Of a DNA stretch of 64,000 bases, positions 26,675 through 40,236 are shown piece by piece. The notes under the pieces were generated by a model that saw only the letters and a list, made by a program, of their open reading frames with translations, made no database searches and was not told where the DNA came from. A program made the translations under genes and the position numbers. How positions within the stretch are numbered: position 1 is the first letter of the stretch; every line of letters starts with the position of its first letter. Where the stretch lies: assembly GCA_964057225.1 (NCBI GenBank), contig OZ059900.1, positions 19,034,001-19,098,000 on the forward strand. Reading direction: 5' to 3'. Origin of the DNA: Auanema rhodensis. Taxonomy: Eukaryota; Animalia; Nematoda.

Positions 26675-29600
26675 TTCTAACCCTTGTTTTTTTGTCGTGA
26701 AAGTGGAACTAGACGTTGTACGAACAATTTTGAGCTAGGTTTCATTGACATTGCATGAGTTTGAACACATGAAATCGTAAGTCAAAACCTTGTTTACAGC
26801 GAAATTTCCAAAAACTGGTTTTCCAGCATAATAAAATATTTCTCATGGGAAATACTGTGTTTTTGTATTTTTCTAGTGTTCAGCATGTAAAATGCTTCAT
26901 TTTAGTATGTAACACGCTGAAATTCGTTGCATTTGACGAATCATATGAACAAAAATCGATTTAATCAATATTAGCCATAAGGGGCGTGCCCTCAGAATAT
27001 GCTAATTTCCTTAATTTTCTAACCCCTGTTTTTTTGTCGTGAAAGTGGAACTAGACGTTGTACGAACAATTTTGAGCTAGGTTTCATTGACATTGCATGA
27101 GTTTGAACACATGAAATCGTAAGTCAAAACCTTGTTTACAGCGAAATTTCCAAAAACTGGTTTTCCAGCATAATAAAATATTTCTCATGGGAAATACTGT
27201 GTTTTCGTATTTTTCTAGTGTTCAGCATGTAAAATGGTTCATTTTAGTATGTAACACGCTGAAATTCGTTGCATTTGACGACTCATATGAACAAAAATCG
27301 ATTTAATCAATATTAGCCATAAGGGGCGTGCCCTCAGAATATGCTAATTTCCTTAATTTTCTAACCCCTGTTTTTTTGTCGTGAAAGTGGAACTAGACGT
27401 TGTACGAACAATTTTGAGCTAGGTTTCATTGACATTGCATGAGTTTGAACACATGAAATCGTAAGTCAAAACCTTGTTTACAGCGAAATTTCCAAAAACT
27501 GGTTTTCCAGCATAATAAAATATTTCTCATGGGAAATACTGTGTTTTTGTATTTTTCTAGTGTTCAGCATGTAAAATGCTTCATTTTAGTATGTAACACG
27601 CTGAAATTCGTTGCATTTAACGACTCATATGAACAAAAATCGATTTAATCAATATTAGCCATAAGGGGCGTGCCCTCAGAATATGCTAATTTCCTTAATT
27701 TTCTAACCCCTGTTTTTTTGTCGTGAAAGTGGAATTAGACGTTGTATGAACATTTTTGAGCTAGGTTTCATTGACATTGCATGAGTTTGAACACATGAAA
27801 TCGTAAGTCAAAACCTTGTTTACAGCGAAATTTCCAAAAACTGGTTTTCCAGCATAATAAAATATTTCTCATGGGAAATACTGTGTTTTTGTATTTTTCT
27901 AGTGTTCAGCATGTAAAATGCTTCATTTTAGTATGTAACACGCTGAAATTCGTTGCATTTAACGACTCATATGAACAAAAATCGATTTAATCAATATTAG
28001 CCATAAGGGGCGTGCCCTCAGAATATGCTAATTTCCTTAATTTTCTAACCCCTGTTTTTTTGTCGTGAAAGTGGAACTAGACGTTGTATGAACATTTTTG
28101 AGCTAGGTTTCATTGACATTGCATGAGTTTGAACACATGAAATCGTAAGTCAAAACCTTGTTTACAGCGAAATTTCCAAAAACTGGTTTTCCAGCATAAT
28201 AAAATATTTCTCATGGGAAATACTGTGTTTTTGTATTTTTCTAGTGTTCAGCATGTAAAATACTTCATTTTAGTATGTAACACGCTGAAATTCGTTGCAT
28301 TTGACGACTCATATGAACAAAAATCGATTTAATCAATATTAGCCATAAGGGGCGTGCCCTCAGAATATGCTAATTTCCTTAATTTTCTAACCCTTGTTTT
28401 TTTGTCGTGAAAGTGGAACTAGACGTTGTACGAACAATTTTGAGCTAGGTTTCATTGACATTGCATGAGTTTGAACACATGAAATCGTAAGTCAAAACCT
28501 TGTTTACAGCGAAATTTCCAAAAACTGGTTTTCCAGCATAATAAAATATTTCTCATGGGAAATACTGTGTTTTTGTATTTTTCTAGTGTTCAGCATGTAA
28601 AATGCTTCATTTTAGTATGTAACACGCTGAAATTCGTTGCATTTGACGAATCATATGAACAAAAATCGATTTAATCAATATTAGCCATAAGGGGCGTGCC
28701 CTCAGAATATGCTAATTTCCTTAATTTTCTAACCCCTGTTTTTTTGTCGTGAAAGTGGAACTAGACGTTGTACGAACAATTTTGAGCTAGGTTTCATTGA
28801 CATTGCATGAGTTTGAACACATGAAATCGTAAGTCAAAACCTTGTTTACAGCGAAATTTCCAAAAACTGGTTTTCCAGCATAATAAAATATTTCTCATGG
28901 GAAATACTGTGTTTTTGTATTTTTCTAGTGTTCAGCATGTAAAATGGTTCATTTTAGTATGTAACACGCTGAAATTCGTTGCATTTGACGACTCATATGA
29001 ACAAAAATCGATTTAATCAATATTAGCCATAAGGGGCGTGCCCTCAGAATATGCTAATTTCCTTAATTTTCTAACCCCTGTTTTTTTGTCGTGAAAGTGG
29101 AACTAGACGTTGTACGAACAATTTTGAGCTAGGTTTCATTGACATTGCATGAGTTTGAACACATGAAATCGTAAGTCAAAACCTTGTTTACAGCGAAATT
29201 TCCAAAAACTGGTTTTCCAGCATAATAAAATATTTCTCATGGGAAATACTGTGTTTTTGTATTTTTCTAGTGTTCAGCATGTAAAATGCTTCATTTTAGT
29301 ATGTAACACGCTGAAATTCGTTGCATTTGACGACTCATATGAACAAAAATCGATTTAATCAATATTAGCCATAAGGGGCGTGCCCTCAGAATATGCTAAT
29401 TTCCTTAATTTTCTGACCCCTGTTTTTTTGTCGTGAAAGTGGAACTAGACGTTGTACGAACAATTTTGAGCTAGGTTTCATTGACATTGCATGAGTTTGA
29501 ACACATGAAATCGTAAGTCAAAACCTTGTTTACAGCGAAATTTCCAAAAACTGGTTTTCCAGCATAATAAAATATTTCTCATGGGAAATACTGTGTTTTT

Positions 29601-32600
29601 GTATTTTTCTAGTGTTCAGCATGTAAAATGCTTCATTTTAGTATGTAACACGCTGAAATTCGTTGCATTTGACGACTCATATGAACAAAAATCGATTTAA
29701 TCAATATTAGCCATAAGGGGCGTGCCCTCAGAATATGCTAATTTCCTTAATTTTCTAACCCCTGTTTTTTTGTCGTGAAAGTGGAACTAGACGTTGTACG
29801 AACAATTTTGAGCTAGGTTTCATTGACATTGCATGAGTTTGAACACATGAAATCGTAAGTCAAAACCTTGTTTACAGCGAAATTTCCAAAAACTGGTTTT
29901 CCAGCATAATAAAATATTTCTCATGGGAAATACTGTGTTTTTGTATTTTTCTAGTGTTCAGCATGTAAAATGCTTCATTTTAGTATGTAACACGCTGAAA
30001 TTCGTTGCATTTGACGACTCATATGAACAAAAATCGATTTAATCAATATTAGCTATAAGGGGCGTGCCCTCAGAATATGCTAATTTCCTTAATTTTCTAA
30101 CCCCTGTTTTTTTGTCGTGAAAGTGGAACTAGACGTTGTACGAACAATTTTGAGCTAAGTTTCATTGACATTGCATGAGTTTGAACACATGAAATCGTAA
30201 GTCAAAACCTTGTTTACAGCGAAATTTCCAAAAACTGGTTTTCCAGCATAATAAAATATTTCTCATGGGAAATACTGTGTTTTTGTTTTTTTCTAGTGTT
30301 CAGCATGTAAAATGCTTCATTTTAGTATGTAACACGCTGAAATTCGTTGCATTTGACGACTCATATGAACAAAAATCGATTTAATCAATATTAGCCATAA
30401 GGGGCGTGCCCTCAGAATATGCTAATTTCCTTAATTTTCTAACCCCTGTTTTTTTGTCGTGAAAGTGGAACTAGACGTTGTACGAACAATTTTGAGCTAG
30501 GTTTCATTGACATTGCATGAGTTTGAACACATGAAATCGTAAGTCAAAACCTTGTTTACAGCGAAATTTCCAAAAACTGGTTTTCCAGCATAATAAAATA
30601 TTTCTCATGGGAAATACTGTGTTTTTGTATTCTTCTAGTGTTCAGCATGTAAAATGCTTCATTTTAGTATGTAACACGCTGAAATTCGTTGCATTTGACG
30701 ACTCATATGAACAAAAATCGATTTAATCAATATTAGCCATAAGGGGCGTGCCCTCAGAATATGCTAATTTCCTTAATTTTCTAACCCCTGTTTTTTTGTC
30801 GTGAAAGTGGAACTAGACGTTGTACGAACAATTTTGAGCTAGGTTTCATTGACATTGCATGAGTTTGAACACATGAAATCGTAAGTCAAAACCTTGTTTA
30901 CAGCGAAATTTCCAAAAACTGGTTTTCCAGCATAATAAAATATTTCTCATGGGAAATACTGTGTTTTTGTATTCTTCTAGTGTTCAGCATGTAAAATGCT
31001 TCATTTTAGTATGTAACACGCTGAAATTCGTTGCATTTGACGACTCATATGAACAAAAATCGATTTAATCAATATTAGCCATAAGGGGCGTGCCCTCAGA
31101 ATATGCTAATTTCCTTAATTTTCTAACCCCTGTTTTTTGTCGTGAAAGTGGAACTAGACGTTGTACGAACAATTTTGAGCTAGGTTTCATTGACATTGCA
31201 TGAGTTTGAACACATGAAATCGTAAGTCAAAACCTTGTTTACAGCGAAATTTCCAAAAACTGGTTTTCCAGCATAATAAAATATTTCTCATGGGAAATAC
31301 TGTGTTTTTGTTTTTTTCTAGTGTTCAGCATGTAAAATGCTTCATTTTAGTATGTAACACGCTGAAATTCGTTGCATTTGACGACTCATATGAACAAAAA
31401 TCGATTTAATCAATATTAGCCATAAGGGGCGTGCCCTCAGAATATGCTAATTTCCTTAATTTTCTAACCCCTGTTTTTTTGTCGTGAAAGTGGAACTAGA
31501 CGTTGTACGAACAATTTTCAGCTAGGTTTCATTGACATTGCATGAGTTTGAACACATGAAATCGTAAGTCAAAACCTTGTTTACAGCGAAATTTCCAAAA
31601 ACTGGTTTTCCAGCATAATAAAATATTTCTCATGGGAAATACTGTGTTTTTGTATTCTTCTAGTGTTCAGCATGTAAAATGCTTCATTTTAGTATGTAAC
31701 ACGCTGAAATTCGTTGCATTTGACGACTCATATGAACAAAAATCGATTTAATCAATATTAGCCATAAGGGGCGTGCCCTCAGAATATGCTAATTTCCTTA
31801 ATTTTCTAACCCCTGTTTTTTTGTCGTGAAAGTGGAACTAGACGTTGTACGAACAATTTTGAGCTAGGTTTCATTGACATTGCATGAGTTTGAACACATG
31901 AAATCGTAAGTCAAAACCTTGTTTACAGCGAAATTTCCAAAAACTGGTTTTCCAGCATAATAAAATATTTCTCATGGGAAATACTGTGTTTTTGTATTTT
32001 TCTAGTGTTCAGCATGTAAAATGCTTCATTTTAGTATGTAACACGCTGAAATTCGTTGCATTTAACGACTCATATGAACAAAAATCGATTTAATCAATAT
32101 TAGCCATAAGGGGCGTGCCCTCAGAATATGCTAATTTCCTTAATTTTCTAACCCCTGTTTTTTTGTCGTGAAAGTGGAACTAGACGTTGTACGAACAATT
32201 TTCAGCTAGGTTTCATTGACATTGCATGAGTTTGAACACATGAAATCGTAAGTCAAAACCTTGTTTACAGCGAAATTTCCAAAAACTGGTTTTCCAGCAT
32301 AATAAAATATTTCTCATGGGAAATACTGTGTTTTTGTATTCTTCTAGTGTTCAGCATGTAAAATGCTTCATTTTAGTATGTAACACGCTGAAATTCGTTG
32401 CATTTGACGACTCATATGAACAAAAATCGATTTAATCAATATTAGCCATAAGGGGCGTGCCCTCAGAATATGCTAATTTCCTTAATTTTCTAACCCCTGT
32501 TTTTTTGTCGTGAAAGTGGAACTAGACGTTGTACGAACAATTTTGAGCTAGGTTTCATTGACATTGCATGAGTTTGAACACATGAAATCGTAAGTCAAAA

Positions 32601-33299
32601 CCTTGTTTACAGCGAAATTTCCAAAAACTGGTTTTCCAGCATAATAAAATATTTCTCATGGGAAATACTGTGTTTTTGTATTTTTCTAGTGTTCAGCATG
32701 TAAAATGGTTCATTTTAGTATGTAACACGCTGAAATTCGTTGCATTTGACGACTCATATGAACAAAAATCGATTTAATCAATATTAGCCATAAGGGGCGT
32801 GCCCTCAGAATATGCTAATTTCCTTAATTTTCTAACCCTTGTTTTTTTGTCGTGAAAGTGGAACTAGACGTTGTACGAACAATTTTGAGCTAGGTTTCAT
32901 TGACATTGCATGAGTTTGAACACATGAAATCGTAAGTCAAAACCTTGTTTACAGCGAAATTTCCAAAAACTGGTTTTCCAGCATAATAAAATATTTCTCA
33001 TGGGAAATACTGTGTTTTTGTATTTTTCTAGTGTTCAGCATGTAAAATGCTTCATTTTAGTATGTAACACGCTGAAATTCGTTGCATTTGACGACTCATA
33101 TGAACAAAAATCGATTTAATCAATATTAGCCATAAGGGGCGTGCCCTCAGAATATGCTAATTTCCTTAATTTTCTAACCCCTGTTTTTTTGTCGTGAAAG
33201 TGGAACTAGACGTTGTAAGAACAATTTTGAGCTAGGTTTCATTGACATTGCATGAGTTTGAACACATGAAATCGTAAGTCAAAACCTTGTTTACAGCGA

Positions 33300-35900
33300 A
33301 ATTTCCAAAAACTGGTTTTCCAGCATAATAAAATATTTCTCATGGGAAATACTGTGTTTTTGTATTTTTCTAGTGTTCAGCATGTAAAATGGTTCATTTT
33401 AGTATGTAACACGCTGAAATTCGTTGCATTTGACGACTCATATGAACAAAAATCGATTTAATCAATATTAGCCATAAGGGGCGTGCCCTCAGAATATGCT
33501 AATTTCCTTAATTTTCTAACCCCTGTTTTTTTGTCGTGAAAGTGGAACTAGACGTTGTACGAACAATTTTGAGCTAGGTTTCATTGACATTGCATGAGTT
33601 TGAACACATGAAATCGTAAGTCAAAACCTTGTTTACAGCGAAATTTCCAAAAACTGGTTTTCCAGCATAATAAAATATTTCTCATGGGAAATACTGTGTT
33701 TTTGTATTTTTCTAGTGTTCAGCATGTAAAATGCTTCATTTTAGTATGTAACACGCTGAAATTCGTTGCATTTGACGACTCATATGAACAAAAATCGATT
33801 TAATCAATATTAGCCATAAGGGGCGTGCCCTCAGAATATGCTAATTTCCTTAATTTTCTGACCCCTGTTTTTTTGTCGTGAAAGTGGAACTAGACGTTGT
33901 ACGAACAATTTTGAGCTAGGTTTCATTGACATTGCATGAGTTTGAACACATGAAATCGTAAGTCAAAACCTTGTTTACAGCGAAATTTCCAAAAACTGGT
34001 TTTCCAGCATAATAAAATATTTCTCATGGGAAATACTGTGTTTTTGTATTTTTCTAGTGTTCAGCATGTAAAATGCTTCATTTTAGTATGTAACACGCTG
34101 AAATTCGTTGCATTTGACGACTCATATGAACAAAAATCGATTTAATCAATATTAGCCATAAGGGGCGTGCCCTCAGAATATGCTAATTTCCTTAATTTTC
34201 TAACCCCTGTTTTTTTGTCGTGAAAGTGGAACTAGACGTTGTACGAACAATTTTGAGCTAGGTTTCATTGACATTGCATGAGTTTGAACACATGAAATCG
34301 TAAGTCAAAACCTTGTTTACAGCGAAATTTCCAAAAACTGGTTTTCCAGCATAATAAAATATTTCTCATGGGAAATACTGTGTTTTTGTATTTTTCTAGT
34401 GTTCAGCATGTAAAATGCTTCATTTTAGTATGTAACACGCTGAAATTCGTTGCATTTGACGACTCATATGAACAAAAATCGATTTAATCAATATTAGCCA
34501 TAAGGGGCGTGCCCTCAGAATATGCTAATTTCCTTAATTTTCTAACCCCTGTTTTTTTGTCGTGAAAGTGGAACTAGACGTTGTACGAACAATTTTGAGC
34601 TAGGTTTCATTGACATTGCATGAGTTTGAACACATGAAATCGTAAGTCAAAACCTTGTTTACAGCGAAATTTCCAAAAACTGGTTTTCCAGCATAATAAA
34701 ATATTTCTCATGGGAAATACTGTGTTTTTGTATTTTTCTAGTGTTCAGCATGTAAAATGGTTCATTTTAGTATGTAACACGCTGAAATTCGTTGCATTTG
34801 ACGACTCATATGAACAAAAATCGATTTAATCAATATTAGCCATAAAGGGCGTGCCCTCAGAATATGCTAATTTCCTTAATTTTCTAACCCCTGTTTTTTT
34901 GTCGTGAAAGTGGAACTAGACGTTGTACGAACAATTTTGAGCTAGGTTTCATTGACATTGCATGAGTTTGAACACATGAAATCGTAAGTCAAAACCTTGT
35001 TTACAGCGAAATTTCCAAAAACTGGTTTTCCAGCATAATAAAATATTTCTCATGGGAAATACTGTGTTTTTGTATTTTTCTAGTGTTCAGCATGTAAAAT
35101 GCTTCATTTTAGTATGTAACACGCTGAAATTCGTTGCATTTGACGACTCATATGAACAAAAATCGATTTAATCAATATTAGCCATAAGGGGCGTGCCCTC
35201 AGAATATGCTAATTTCCTTAATTTTCTGACCCCTGTTTTTTTGTCGTGAAAGTGGAACTAGACGTTGTACGAACAATTTTGAGCTAGGTTTCATTGACAT
35301 TGCATGAGTTTGAACACATGAAATCGTAAGTCAAAACCTTGTTTACAGCGAAATTTCCAAAAACTGGTTTTCCAGCATAATAAAATATTTCTCATGGGAA
35401 ATACTGTGTTTTTGTATTTTTCTAGTGTTCAGCATGTAAAATGCTTCATTTTAGTATGTAACACGCTGAAATTCGTTGCATTTGACGACTCATATGAACA
35501 AAAATCGATTTAATCAATATTAGCCATAAGGGGCGTGCCCTCAGAATATGCTAATTTCCTTAATTTTCTAACCCCTGTTTTTTTGTCGTGAAAGTGGAAC
35601 TAGACGTTGTACGAACAATTTTGAGCTAGGTTTCATTGACATTGCATGAGTTTGAACACATGAAATCGTAAGTCAAAACCTTGTTTACAGCGAAATTTCC
35701 AAAAACTGGTTTTCCAGCATAATAAAATATTTCTCATGGGAAATACTGTGTTTTTGTATTTTTCTAGTGTTCAGCATGTAAAATGCTTCATTTTAGTATG
35801 TAACACGCTGAAATTCGTTGCATTTGACGACTCATATGAACAAAAATCGATTTAATCAATATTAGCCATAAGGGGCGTGCCCTCAGAATATGCTAATTTC
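33300..35900 (+). repeat. 4-mer duplication of SatA (period 1368)
   Basis: TGGTTC at about 33392 and 34760; CTGACC with the variant G at 33860 and 35228. Only two markers, so boundaries are approximate. Confidence 0.7.
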
Positions 35901-38299
35901 CTTAATTTTCTAACCCCTGTTTTTTTGTCGTGAAAGTGGAACTAGACGTTGTACGAACAATTTTGAGCTAGGTTTCATTGACATTGCATGAGTTTGAACA
36001 CATGAAATCGTAAGTCAAAACCTTGTTTACAGCGAAATTTCCAAAAACTGGTTTTCCAGCATAATAAAATATTTCTCATGGGAAATACTGTGTTTTTGTA
36101 TTTTTCTAGTGTTCAGCATGTAAAATGCTTCATTTTAGTATGTAACACGCTGAAATTCGTTGCATTTGACGACTCATATGAACAAAAATCGATTTAATCA
36201 ATATTAGCCATAAGGGGCGTGCCCTCAGAATATGCTAATTTCCTTAATTTTCTAACCCCTGTTTTTTTGTCGTGAAAGTGGAACTAGACGTTGTACGAAC
36301 AATTTTGAGCTAGGTTTCATTGACATTGCATGAGTTTGAACACATGAAATCGTAAGTCAAAACCTTGTTTACAGCGAAATTTCCAAAAACTGGTTTTCCA
36401 GCATAATAAAATATTTCTCATGGGAAATACTGTGTTTTTGTATTTTTCTAGTGTTCAGCATGTAAAATGCTTCATTTTAGTATGTAACACGCTGAAATTC
36501 GTTGCATTTGACGACTCATATGAACAAAAATCGATTTAATCAATATTAGCCATAAGGGGCGTGCCCTCAGAATATGCTAATTTCCTTAATTTTCTAACCC
36601 CTGTTTTTTTGTCGTGAAAGTGGAACTAGACGTTGTACGAACAATTTTGAGCTAGGTTTCATTGACATTGCATGAGTTTGAACACATGAAATCGTAAGTC
36701 AAAACCTTGTTTACAGCGAAATTTCCAAAAACTGGTTTTCCAGCATAATAAAATATTTCTCATGGGAAATACTGTGTTTTTGTATTTTTCTAGTGTTCAG
36801 CATGTAAAATGCTTCATTTTAGTATGTAACACGCTGAAATTCGTTGCATTTGACGACTCATATGAACAAAAATCGATTTAATCAATATTAGCCATAAGGG
36901 GCGTGCCCTCAGAATATGCTAATTTCCTTAATTTTCTAACCCCTGTTTTTTTGTCGTGAAAGTGGAACTAGACGTTGTACGAACAATTTTGAGCTAGGTT
37001 TCATTGACATTGCATGAGTTTGAACACATGAAATCGTAAGTCAAAACCTTGTTTACAGCGAAATTTCCAAAAACTGGTTTTCCAGCATAATAAAATATTT
37101 CTCATGGGAAATACTGTGTTTTTGTATTTTTCTAGTGTTCAGCATGTAAAATGCTTCATTTTAGTATGTAACACGCTGAAATTCGTTGCATTTGACGACT
37201 CATATGAACAAAAATCGATTTAATCAATATTAGCCATAAGGGGCGTGCCCTCAGAATATGCTAATTTCCTTAATTTTCTAACCCCTGTTTTTTTGTCGTG
37301 AAAGTGGAACTAGACGTTGTACGAACAATTTTGAGCTAGGTTTCATTGACATTGCATGAGTTTGAACACATGAAATCGTAAGTCAAAACCTTGTTTACAG
37401 CGAAATTTCCAAAAACTGGTTTTCCAGCATAATAAAATATTTCTCATGGGAAATACTGTGTTTTTGTATTTTTCTAGTGTTCAGCATGTAAAATGCTTCA
37501 TTTTAGTATGTAACACGCTGAAATTCGTTGCATTTGACGACTCATATGAACAAAAATCGATTTAATCAATATTAGCCATAAGGGGCGTGCCCTCAGAATA
37601 TGCTAATTTCCTTAATTTTCTAACCCCTGTTTTTTTGTCGTGAAAGTGGAACTAGACGTTGTACGAACAATTTTGAGCTAGGTTTCATTGACATTGCATG
37701 AGTTTGAACACATGAAATCGTAAGTCAAAACCTTGTTTACAGCGAAATTTCCAAAAACTGGTTTTCCAGCATAATAAAATATTTCTCATGGGAAATACTG
37801 TGTTTTTGTATTTTTCTAGTGTTCAGCATGTAAAATGCTTCATTTTAGTATGTAACACGCTGAAATTCGTTGCATTTGACGACTCATATGAACAAAAATC
37901 GATTTAATCAATATTAGCCATAAGGGGCGTGCCCTCAGAATATGCTAATTTCCTTAATTTTCTAACCCCTGTTTTTTTGTCGTGAAAGTGGAACTAGACG
38001 TTGTACGAACAATTTTGAGCTAGGTTTCATTGACATTGCATGAGTTTGAACACATGAAATCGTAAGTCAAAACCTTGTTTACAGCGAAATTTCCAAAAAC
38101 TGGTTTTCCAGCATAATAAAATATTTCTCATGGGAAATACTGTGTTTTTGTATTTTTCTAGTGTTCAGCATGTAAAATGCTTCATTTTAGTATGTAACAC
38201 GCTGAAATTCGTTGCATTTGACGACTCATATGAACAAAAATCGATTTAATCAATATTAGCCATAAGGGGCGTGCCCTCAGAATATGCTAATTTCCTTAA

Positions 38300-40236
38300 T
38301 TTTCTAACCCCTGTTTTTTTGTCGTGAAAGTGGAACTAGACGTTGTACGAACAATTTTGAGCTAGGTTTCATTGACATTGCATGAGTTTGAACACATGAA
38401 ATCGTAAGTCAAAACCTTGTTTACAGCGAAATTTCCAAAAACTGGTTTTCCAGCATAATAAAATATTTCTCATGGGAAATACTGTGTTTTTGTATTTTTC
38501 TAGTGTTCAGCATGTAAAATGCTTCATTTTAGTATGTAACACGCTGAAATTCGTTGCATTTGACGACTCATATGAACAAAAATCGATTTAATCAATATTA
38601 GCCATAAGGGGCGTGCCCTCAGAATATGCTAACTTCCTTAATTTTCTAACCCCTGTTTTTTTGTCGTGAAAGTGGAACTAGACGTTGTACGAACAATTTT
38701 GAGCTAGGTTTCATTGACATTGCATGAGTTTGAACACATGAAATCGTAAGTCAAAACCTTGTTTACAGCGAAATTTCCAAAAACTGGTTTTCCAGCATAA
38801 TAAAATATTTCTCATGGGAAATACTGTGTTTTTGTATTTTTCTAGTGTTCAGCATGTAAAATGCTTCATTTTAGTATGTAACACGCTGAAATTCGTTGCA
38901 TTTGACGACTCATATGAACAAAAATCGATTTAATCAATATTAGCTATAAGGGGCGTGCCCTCAGAATATGCTAATTTCCTTAATTTTCTAACCCCTGTTT
39001 TTTTGTCGTGAAAGTGGAACTAGACGTTGTACGAACAATTTTGAGCTAAGTTTCATTGACATTGCATGAGTTTGAACACATGAAATCGTAAGTCAAATCC
39101 TTGTTTACAGCGAAATTTCCAAAAACTGGTTTTCCAGCATAATAAAATATTTCTCATGGGAAATACTGTGTTTTTGTATTTTTCTAGTGTTCAGCATGTA
39201 AAATGCTTCATTTTAGTATGTAACACGCTGAAATTCGTTGCATTTGACGACTCATATGAACAAAAATCGATTTAATCAATATTAGCCATAAGGGGCGTGC
39301 CCTCAGAATATGCTAATTTCCTTAATTTTCTAACCCCTGTTTTTTTGTCGTGAAAGTGGAACTAGGCGTTGTACGAACAATTTTGAGCTAGGTTTCATTG
39401 ACATTGCATGAGTTTGAACACATGAAATCGTAAGTGAAAACCTTGTTTACAGCGAAATTTCCAAAAACTGGTTTTCCAGCATAATAAAATATTTCTCATG
39501 GGAAATACTGTGTTTTTGTATTTTTCTAGTGTTCAGCATGTAAAATGCTTCATTTTAGTATGTAACACGCTGAAATTCGTTGCATTTGACGACTCATATG
39601 AACAAAAATCGATTTAATCAATATTAGCCATAAGGGGCGTGCCCTCAGAATATGCTAACTTCCTTAATTTTCTAACCCCTGTTTTTTTGTCGTGAAAGTG
39701 GAACTAGACGTTGTACGAACAATTTTGAGCTAGGTTTCATTGACATTGCATGAGTTTGAACACATGAAATCGTAAGTCAAAACCTTGTTTACAGCGAAAT
39801 TTCCAAAAACTGGTTTTCCAGCATAATAAAATATTTCTCATGGGAAATACTGTGTTTTTGTATTTTTCTAGTGTTCAGCATGTAAAATGCTTCATTTTAG
39901 TATGTAACACGCTGAAATTCGTTGCATTTGACGACTCATATGAACAAAAATCGATTTAATCAATATTAGCTATAAGGGGCGTGCCCTCAGAATATGCTAA
40001 TTTCCTTAATTTTCTAACCCCTGTTTTTTTGTCGTGAAAGTGGAACTAGACGTTGTACGAACAATTTTGAGCTAAGTTTCATTGACATTGCATGAGTTTG
40101 AACACATGAAATCGTAAGTCAAATCCTTGTTTACAGCGAAATTTCCAAAAACTGGTTTTCCAGCATAATAAAATATTTCTCATGGGAAATACTGTGTTTT
40201 TGTTTTTTTCTAGTGTTCAGCATGTAAAATGCTTCA
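38300..40236 (+). repeat. 3-mer duplication of SatA abutting the left junction (period 1026)
   Basis: AACTTCC at 38633/39659, GCTATA at 38945/39971, CTAAG at 39049/40075, AAATCC at 39098/40124. Confidence 0.88.
40233..40236. other. SatA/SatB junction with 4-bp microhomology (TTCA)
   Basis: SatA reads ATGC-TTCA-TTTT, SatB reads AACT-TTCA-GAGC, and the junction reads ATGC-TTCA-GAGC. Confidence 0.92.

Larger units (their letters stand above)
1..40236 (+). repeat. Tandem satellite array, 342-bp monomer (SatA), forward orientation, about 117.6 copies; runs off the left window edge
   Basis: TTCTAACCC recurs at 1, 343, 685 ... 3421, 6841 (period 342). Monomers differ from consensus by only 0-5 substitutions or a 1-2 bp change in the T7 tract. 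The array ends mid-monomer at ...CATGTAAAATGCTTCA (40236). Confidence 0.99.
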
